A program made the translations under genes and the position numbers. Shown here one piece after another: positions 55,989 to 64,000 of a DNA stretch of 64,000 nucleotides. This DNA is from Octopus vulgaris (Eukaryota): positions 64,356,001 to 64,420,000 of the forward strand of contig OX597830.1 in NCBI GenBank assembly GCA_951406725.2, given 5' to 3'. Numbering within the stretch: position 1 is the stretch's first letter; each line of letters opens with the position of its first letter. A model generated the notes under the pieces. The model was given only the letters and a program-made list of their open reading frames with translations, had not been told where the DNA came from and made no database searches.

Positions 55989-56167
55989 TCAACTTTTCTA
56001 TTTTAAAACCCATAGAAAATTGTTTGTGAGTGGTTTGGGGGAGGGGCTGGAACGGATTAATTATAATCTAGTTAATTTCAATGGGGAAAATTGATTTGTA
56101 AAACGAGTAAATCGTAAGACGAGCTCGGTCATGGAACGAATTAAACTCGTACTGCGAGGTATCACTG
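55468..56167. mobile_element. Tigger/pogo-like MITE interrupted by the LINE fragment
   Basis: TA|ccgtagaaactcgcggtacgagttt ... aaactcgtactgcgaggtatcactg|TA terminal inverted repeats. Confidence 0.75.
55664..55988 (+). mobile_element. Short 3' fragment of the same CR1-like LINE, nested in a Tigger-like MITE
   Basis: Near-identical to the reverse complement of 43290-43603, with an (AACT)n tail. Confidence 0.93.
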
Positions 56168-56326
56168 TATAAGCAAATAGTTTAAAAGTGGAAGAGATTT
56201 GACCTCAGTAAAAATTAGAATTGGTCACCGTATTAGTCGAATGTATTCAAATTGAGACAGAGATAAGCTGAGATAAGCTTTAAATGATATTAATGACCAT
56301 AGTCCTGTAAGGAAAATCGCATACAG

Positions 56327-56590
56327 CAGTGGTTCTCAACAGAGGTCTAAATGGGCCCTCGTGGGGTCCATATAAGATCTTGCCATTGAAATTTATGTAC
56401 AAGAAATTGTTTATACCTGCTTCTGTACACAAAATATTTTCAGAAAGTTTTAGTAGAGTTTCTAACAATATTTAATTCTGAAAATATAATAATAGGAATT
56501 TTTTTTTTAGGTATCGAATGGCTATGAAAGTCCATGTGATTAAAATAATCAAAGGGGTCCAATATGTAAAAAAATATTTGAGAAACATTG
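56327..56590. mobile_element. hAT-type MITE (empty copy)
   Basis: CAGTGGTTCTCAA / TTGAGAAACATTG TIRs; perfect 8-bp TSD GCATACAG. Confidence 0.9.
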
Positions 56591-56602
56591 GCATACAGAA
56601 CA

Positions 56603-56683
<81 letters not shown>

Positions 56684-56695
56684 GTCTGTCCATCC

Positions 56696-56750
<55 letters not shown>

Positions 56751-56762
56751 GATCGATCGTTG

Positions 56763-56857
<95 letters not shown>

Positions 56858-56921
56858 ATATATATATATATATATATATCTATCTACTCATCCATCCATC
56901 CATCCATCCATCCTCCTCTCC

Positions 56922-56961
<40 letters not shown>

Positions 56962-57141
56962 ACAGACGCAGGCGTGGCTGCGTGGTAAGAATGCCGTTGT
57001 TATTTTGTTTTAGATATTTTGTACAAATGCTTGAAATAGGTATATTTATCAGTTGTATGTGTGTGTGCGCGCGCTTATGCACACAAACACATATATGACT
57101 CTTAATGTAGGTGGAGTCATATATGTGTGTGCGCGTGTACG

Positions 57142-57189
<48 letters not shown>

Positions 57190-57291
57190 GAAGTAGAACT
57201 CGATCTCCACATAGACTTATCCTAGTCCCACTGGCCTATATACGCCAAGTCTTCATATAATATCAATATTAATATGAGATAGCAAGATTAT

Positions 57292-57322
<31 letters not shown>

Positions 57323-57562
57323 TCCATGCATATACGTATGTATAACAATATCATTGTTGGTTTTGTCGTTGACCGAGTTATATGCTTACACGATTAAATC
57401 TACAGATATGCATGACGTGCACGTAGGTGTGGTTTTCGGTAACACACTTGCACACATACACATTAAGAGGAATACTGCCTCGCCAAACACGTTTACTTCC
57501 CACTTACATTTCTGCATATCCTTGCACATTTCTGCACGTCACGTATGTACTTACAAAAGTAT

Positions 57563-57603
<41 letters not shown>

Positions 57604-57658
57604 TATGTTATATGTGTGTATGTATATATATATGTATATATATATATATATATATATG

Positions 57659-57689
<31 letters not shown>

Positions 57690-57748
57690 GTATATGTATA
57701 TATACATATATATATATATGTATATATATATATGTATATATATATATG

Positions 57749-57808
<60 letters not shown>

Positions 57809-57931
57809 TAGATATAATAATATATATAACATATATATTGAATATGTTTGTCATCAAACATCCTTCACATACATACACACACACACACATATTTATTGAA
57901 CCTATAACTATTCAAAAGTATACGCAAGCAT

Positions 57932-57972
<41 letters not shown>

Positions 57973-58249
57973 TTATGTGTGAGGTTGTGTGTATGTGGAT
58001 AAAGAGAGGAGAGAGTGGTAGTAATAGTAGTAGTAGTAGAAGAAGGAGGAGGAGGAGGGGATGTTGATGAAGATGAAGAAGATGAAGAAGAAGAACGTGC
58101 TAAGGCTGCAACTCGGCGCCTCATTAATATGTGTATCTGCTTAGAAAAACGACTGTATATTCTATTAAGGGACGCCATGTTGATATATTCGGTGGGGTTT
58201 TCCGCCATTATCACGTAACGTTGTTTACATTTAATAATTGCCTCAGACG

Positions 58250-58288
<39 letters not shown>

Positions 58289-58487
58289 TCCAGACGTTAT
58301 TTTAAAAATGCAGATTTTGTCCGTCTCGAATGATCTATAAGCCCGGAGTCCATGCAGAAGAAATTACTTATACACCAACGCAGCATGACTATATGAATAT
58401 TTAAACAAATACAGTGTACCGATCACACACACACACACAAACATACATACATAATTACAGACACACACACATACACCTATATATACC

Positions 58488-59260
58488 CAGAGGGTTGGAC
58501 AAACTAATGGAAACACCACTTGTATTTAACTATTTTTTATATTGGCAGCACGACAAATTCAGATCTGTTCTTGCCTGTGCTCATATGCATTGCGTTTGCT
58601 TTGTATTTCATGCTATAGCACTCTGTGTTTTATCGTTATATTTCAATAATCTAGCATGCGTGACTTATCTGATTTCCAAAATGGATATTGATAAACAGAA
58701 TCAAATCGTGTCTAGAGAACCAGAAGAGTTCAATGACTGAATGGAACCATGTGATCTCTGCTGCGGCATAATTCACATTTTTGTTTTCTCACTCCAGGGA
58801 CAGCGTTTGTCTGGTGACAAGCCGAAGAATCCTTCAGCCTAAACTGTTTCGCCCCTACCGTGAAGCATGGCAGTGATTTGGACAGGCATATCACGGGATT
58901 CTTTTGACTTTTTAGTTGTTCTACGTAGCAGTGTTAACTCCAAAGATGATCTGAATACTTTTATTGATTAGGTGCATCCTATGATACGATCGTTCTTTAC
59001 TGAAGTGAGCGCAGCCTTCAAGGATGATAAACGCGCCGATTCACATGGCTAATATCATTCAACATTGATACAAAAAGCACAAAGGTGAGGTAGACCACGC
59101 AGCTTGGCCCTCTGTAATCAACGGTTCTCAATGTAATCGAATATTTATGTTGCTTTTACGAACTGCAAGTAAGTAACTGCTTCCTCTGCTATCGTTGCTG
59201 AAAGAGCTAAAACAGGTTTTACTTGAAAAATGGCCAAGAATTCCCTTTACAACAGAACCT
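58488..59260 (+). pseudogene. Tc1/mariner transposon relic
   Basis: TIR-like CAGAGGGTTGGACAAACTAATGGAAACACC; remnants WNHVI, PTVKHG, VHPM, FKDD-APIH, WP...LNVIE with stops and frameshifts. Confidence 0.8.
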
Positions 59261-59949
59261 GTACACACGTCTATTGTGAATCTTTAGCAGACCACAAAAT
59301 AAAGAAGTAAAAATAGCATGCAAAACAAATAAGTGGATAAATGGAAAAAAAATTGGTGAGTGAAAGAAAGAAACTCTCCTATCATTCTACAGGGTCAAAA
59401 ACTACTTCAGTTCCTCCATCATCTGCTAATTCGTTACCCAACAAACTGGAGAGGATGCCATTAAGTGGTCACTCGACTTACTAGAAATAACAGTAAATTC
59501 ACTTCTAATTCGCATTGTACTGTTTTGCAGACAGAAAACAAAACACAACTGGATAATGTGAATGTGAAGGTTTTTTTTTAATGAAAATATGATGGCCTTG
59601 TTATGACAGGAACACTGTTGATTATTGGTGAGATCGATGAGGAAAAACTCGGGGCCAAACATCATCATCATCAGCAGCAGCAGCAACAGTATCAACAACA
59701 AAAACAAAAACAGTAACAACTGCTCGACCAAAATTGAAGCAGAGCCCACAATGGAGCACTCTGCCCAACATCCGAGGCCACATATGTCACCGACTACTCT
59801 GTACTGAGACATTAATCAATAATGTGTGAGTGTGTCTTTGTGTTATGTCTGTATTGTGCTACCCGCTTGACAACCAGGGCTGAGCGGTTCAGCAAAAGTA
59901 ACCGATAAAGTAAGTACAAAGTTTTAAAATAAGTACTTGGGTTGATTCG

Positions 59950-60236
59950 TGGAGGCAAATGGTCTAGTGGTTAGGCAGCGGACTCGCGGTCGATGGATCG
60001 CGGGTTCGGATCTCAGACCGGGTGATGTGTGTGTTTATGAGCAAAAACACCTAAGCTCCACGCGGCTCCGGCAGAAGGTAATGGCGAACTTCTGCTGACT
60101 CTTTCGCCACAACTTTCTCTCACTCTTTCCTCCTGCATCTTGCAGCTCACCTGCGACGGACCAGGTGGAGAACCTATACACCAAGGTAACTGGGAAACCG
60201 GCCCTTATGAACCAGGCATGGCTTGAGAAGGAACAA
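59950..60236 (+). mobile_element. SINE with family C head and a different body, nested in a family A tail
   Basis: 15-bp TSD ACTTGGGTTGATTCG at 59935-59949 and 60237-60251. Confidence 0.88.
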
Positions 60237-60701
60237 ACTTGGGTTGATTCGGTCTACTAAAGAAAAAAACAAAAAGAAAAAGAAGCAAAAACACCCTTAA
60301 AGACTTTGCCCCAGTGTGGCCGCAGTCCAATGACTGAAACAAGTAATAGACGAATGCTAAAAGATAAGAACCCTTCTCCATACAAAAAAAAGAAGAAGAA
60401 ATAATGAAAAATATAAAATATAAATATAATGTGTCTTGAATGTGTTTTGAATGCAGAGTGGACAACAATAGCTGTTATATTTTAATTATTCATCGTCTGA
60501 TATAATATTTCGGAATATTAAAATTCCTTCTTCAGGTATTGTTAGGAATTGATCGAGTCACTGCTGTAATCGGTTTTCCAGCAACAGTTATTATAGTCGA
60601 GTCTGCATTGTTGAGCCATTCAAGATATTCCACAAACAATACGCAATGCTTCAAGCGAACAACAATACTCTCATAAAGTATGAAATAAAACAAAATCTTA
60701 C

Positions 60702-61256
60702 CTTTTAGCATTGTGTCCATAAAATCACTGATATGTCTTTGCAAATAAGTATAATCCCTAACTCGAATGTACATATTCCTGTAAGCCAACTGTCGAACCT
60801 CTTGGAAAGCATATGCTTTGCCAATAGCAACAACAAAGAGTTTCACTCCCTTAAAACGAGCCCTTTTGGCTTCTAGGATACTAGCATCAGGTTCTTTTAG
60901 TTTGTCATCAACAAACAACACTCCTATATGTGGGGCGTCGTCTCTACCACCATTGGCAGGATCGAAACCGTGATGTCTAAGGCGGCGTATGAGCCAAGCT
61001 AGACTGTGTGTGTCTGGTTTCGTGAAATCGTCGATAAAGTCCTGCGACGTCCGATATTCGGTCAGGTAAATGTCGTTGTGTTGTTGACTGCATTGGCTGG
61101 AGAAAGCACCGACCCTTGTCCAATAAGATCCAATGTGCATTTGTCGTGTGAGGCTGGCGATGAATTCTTTTATGAGATGCAAGTTTTTGTGACCAAATTG
61201 GCAGTCATCGACAAGAAACATGACGTCTAGCCGTTTCTTGGGAAACTTGGACGTAA
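60702..61256 (-). CDS. Internal exon encoding a von Willebrand factor A (VWA) domain of an extracellular-matrix-type protein (collagen VI/matrilin-like); rest of gene not located
   Basis: Minus-strand acceptor ttttcttttctttgcag| ends at 61257 and donor |gtaag starts at 60701. Length 555 nt, phase 1-1, no stops. Translation LDVMFLVDD...TRVGAF...GGRDDAPHIGVLFVDD...EAKRARFKGVKLFVVAIG matches the VWA fold pattern. Confidence 0.88.
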
Positions 61257-61639
61257 CTGCAAAGAAAAGAAAATTAAAGATTTATTTCTATTCGTTGTCA
61301 TGAGCATACATGGCAGTTTTTATCTGAGCCCTTTTTGTTTTTATTTTTAGTGGCTCTGGTCAAACCTGATCGCTTAACCCTTTGCCCGTCCTATATGTCT
61401 CGGGATACACAGAACATATTTTCATAATACACATCCCAGTTTTTTCCAACTACCAGAGTAATTTGTGGCTTACAAACGGAAAACGTTATATTACTCAGAA
61501 TGTATGAAACAAGGGCTTATTAAAGACCTGAAAACAAGCTGAACGTTTCAGGCAAACTTATATGAAAATGCTTTGGGCAGGCAAACGGATAACATTTTAT
61601 AAGAGTAACATGTCAAATAGATGAGATTTTACGCATCAT

Positions 61640-61760
61640 ACCTGACGAGTCCAACGTCGAAGGATACGTCAGAAATCTTGCCTGAAGATGGTGGTATATA
61701 TGTTATGATGTAATTTATAAAAGCATCAATAAAATTCTACCGAAACAGCTGTCAAAAATG
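61640..61760 (+). ncRNA. Tandem hammerhead remnants (first decayed, second with extended stem II)
   Basis: CTGACGA-gtcc...gga-t-acgtc with GAAA lost, then CTGAAGA-t-ggtgg...tgatg/catca...ctacc-GAAA-cagctg-TC. Confidence 0.55.
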
Positions 61761-62072
61761 TTAAACACCATTTGTGATCTTTTATACTTACAATACACCT
61801 GGAACCATGGCTAGAGTCGAATATACGGTTTTAATTGGATTGGTTAGCTACATATCCGCAGTATCCGAGCAACACTTGATACCTTCCTTATTGTTTACCT
61901 CATTGTGATTCCTATGTTATTCTGTAACCTAGCCAATTCTGGCGTCCTACGTGCTGATATGCCTGGTGTCTATTGAATCCTTATAACGAATATATATATA
62001 TATATATATGATTGTATTGGTATGCGTGCCTATTTAATACACTTTGGTATTTGTGTGTATTGTGTATGTTTA

Positions 62073-62148
<76 letters not shown>

Positions 62149-62809
62149 CATACATACATAATACATATATATATACATACATACATACATACATACATAA
62201 TACATATAAAAATGCGTGTGTGTGTATGTATATATATGTTTGTATGAGTGCGTGTGTGTGTGCACGCGCGCGTGCATACCCTTATACGTATTTATAGACA
62301 CACATACCGAAACATATGCTTATCCACGAAAACACATACATACATTCGTATATACATATATATATACACACAATACGTACATGCATATAAATATATATAT
62401 ATGCATATATACATATACATACATATTATACACACCTACAAATATAAGCTGTGTGTGTGTCTAAACGATGGGAACAGAGACAGATGGCACCTAGAGACAA
62501 GACAAGGTCATATAAGTAAAGGATAACACAAGCGAAAAGGCAAGAGAAACAAATCACAAAGAAAAGAGAAAAAAAACTGATGAAAACAAACAAAAACAAT
62601 TGAAGTCTGAAAGCACTGGCAGCCATCTTTGATGTGGCAGATTTTTCCTTTGATTGGTGGCGCCGCCACTCGTGTATTTCATAAACTACCACGACACGTG
62701 GTGAAAGACCAGATGTCAAAACAGATTCGGTGTCAAATCGAACCATATGGAAGAAGACTGGCAGAATATATTCTGTGTTTCCTGGTGTTTTAAGGATGGT
62801 GAGGCGCGT

Positions 62810-63491
62810 TGTGGGTGGGTGCGTGGTGGTGGTGGTGGTGGTGGTGGTGGTGATTAATTTGATGGTGGTGGTTCTTGTGTTATACGTGTTGGTGCTCAGT
62901 GGGGTGGTGTTGGTGGTGGTGGTAGTGGTAGTGGTGGTGGTGATGGTAGTGGTGGTGGTGGTGGTGGTGGTGGTGGTTGCAGTTGTGGTGATATTGGTGT
63001 TATGTGTGTTGTTATTGTTGGTGGTGGTTTCAGAGCTATATTGATTGTTGTGGTTGTGGTGGTAGTGGTGGTAATCGCTTTAGGGCAACGTGTGGTTGTG
63101 TGTGTTGTGATGATGATGATGACGATGATGATAAGCATCATGAAGATATTGATGCGAATGGTGATGAGGATGATGATGATGATGATGATAACGAAGTTGA
63201 TGATTACGATGATCATAAGGAACATAATGGTGATGGTAACGACTACAACAACGACGACGATGATGATGATGGTTATGGTAACGATGATGGTAACGATGAT
63301 GATGACGAGGGTGGCGATGAAGAAGATATGATGACGATAACGAAGAGGATAAGGATGATGATGATGATGATGATGATTATGACGACGATGATGAAGAAGA
63401 CGGTGATGGTGACGAATACGATAACATAGATGATCATAATTATGATGATGATGACGAGAATGGCGATGAAGATATGATGATAATAACGAAG

Positions 63492-63540
<49 letters not shown>

Positions 63541-63680
63541 CGACGTCGACGACGATGACGACGACGTCGACGACGATGACGACGACGTCGACGACGACGA
63601 CGACGATGAAGACGGAGATGACGACGATAACGAAGACGACGATGATGATGATGTCGACTATGATGATAACGATGATGGTG
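62810..63680. repeat. (GGT)n and (GAT/GAC)n low-complexity trinucleotide tract
   Basis: Direct reading. Confidence 0.9.
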
Positions 63681-64000
63681 ATAAAGAGAACAGGACAATG
63701 TTTCTTGGCGCTGGAGATGACGTCGTTGTTAATAGTGAAAGTGGCGGTGGTGCTGGGGTGGGGGAGTAATGACAATAACGAATTTGATATAGTTTTAACA
63801 GGAGTGTTAATTAAACGGAGCCGTCATAACAGGCGATGTAAACACTCCTCGCTTGAGTGAGTCAAGCAACGCGTCGGGTCTCCTAAGTTCTCCATTGACA
63901 GCAAACCACAGTAGCCAAAGAGAAGCGTTAGGCCCCTAGAAACGAGGGTTATCCGGGTAACTGCTTACTATGCTCATGCCTTCGAACGGCAATGGTATTG

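Noticed and set aside
60532-60701. C-terminal extension of the 229-aa VWA ORF
   Set aside because: Lies past a strong GTAAG donor and is intron read-through.

Overview
Eukaryotic, AT-rich, microsatellite-saturated animal DNA. The tRNA-derived SINE families and repeat landscape look like a cephalopod, most likely Octopus (inference from recognised repeat consensus, not checked). Almost all listed ORFs are microsatellite artefacts. The only host-gene sequence I can support is one 555-nt phase 1-1 exon encoding a VWA domain (minus strand, 60702-61256). Mobile DNA includes: a Penelope-like element (PLE) with an uninterrupted RT + GIY-YIG ORF and a 3' pseudo-LTR carrying CCAAT/TATA boxes and a minimal hammerhead ribozyme (31768-35160); CR1-like, RTE and Tx1 LINE fragments; a FLYWCH-MULE relic; Tc1/mariner relics; hAT- and Tigger-like MITEs; a non-autonomous Helitron; and at least four SINE families. 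The most striking unexplained signal is about a dozen hammerhead ribozyme motifs on both strands. They include recurrent core variants (compensatory U3-A8 in three copies, A6U in two) and one full type I hammerhead inside a nearly fully base-paired ~230-nt unit resembling a metazoan non-LTR retrozyme (40380-40600). All structures were paired by eye; no folding or database search was run.
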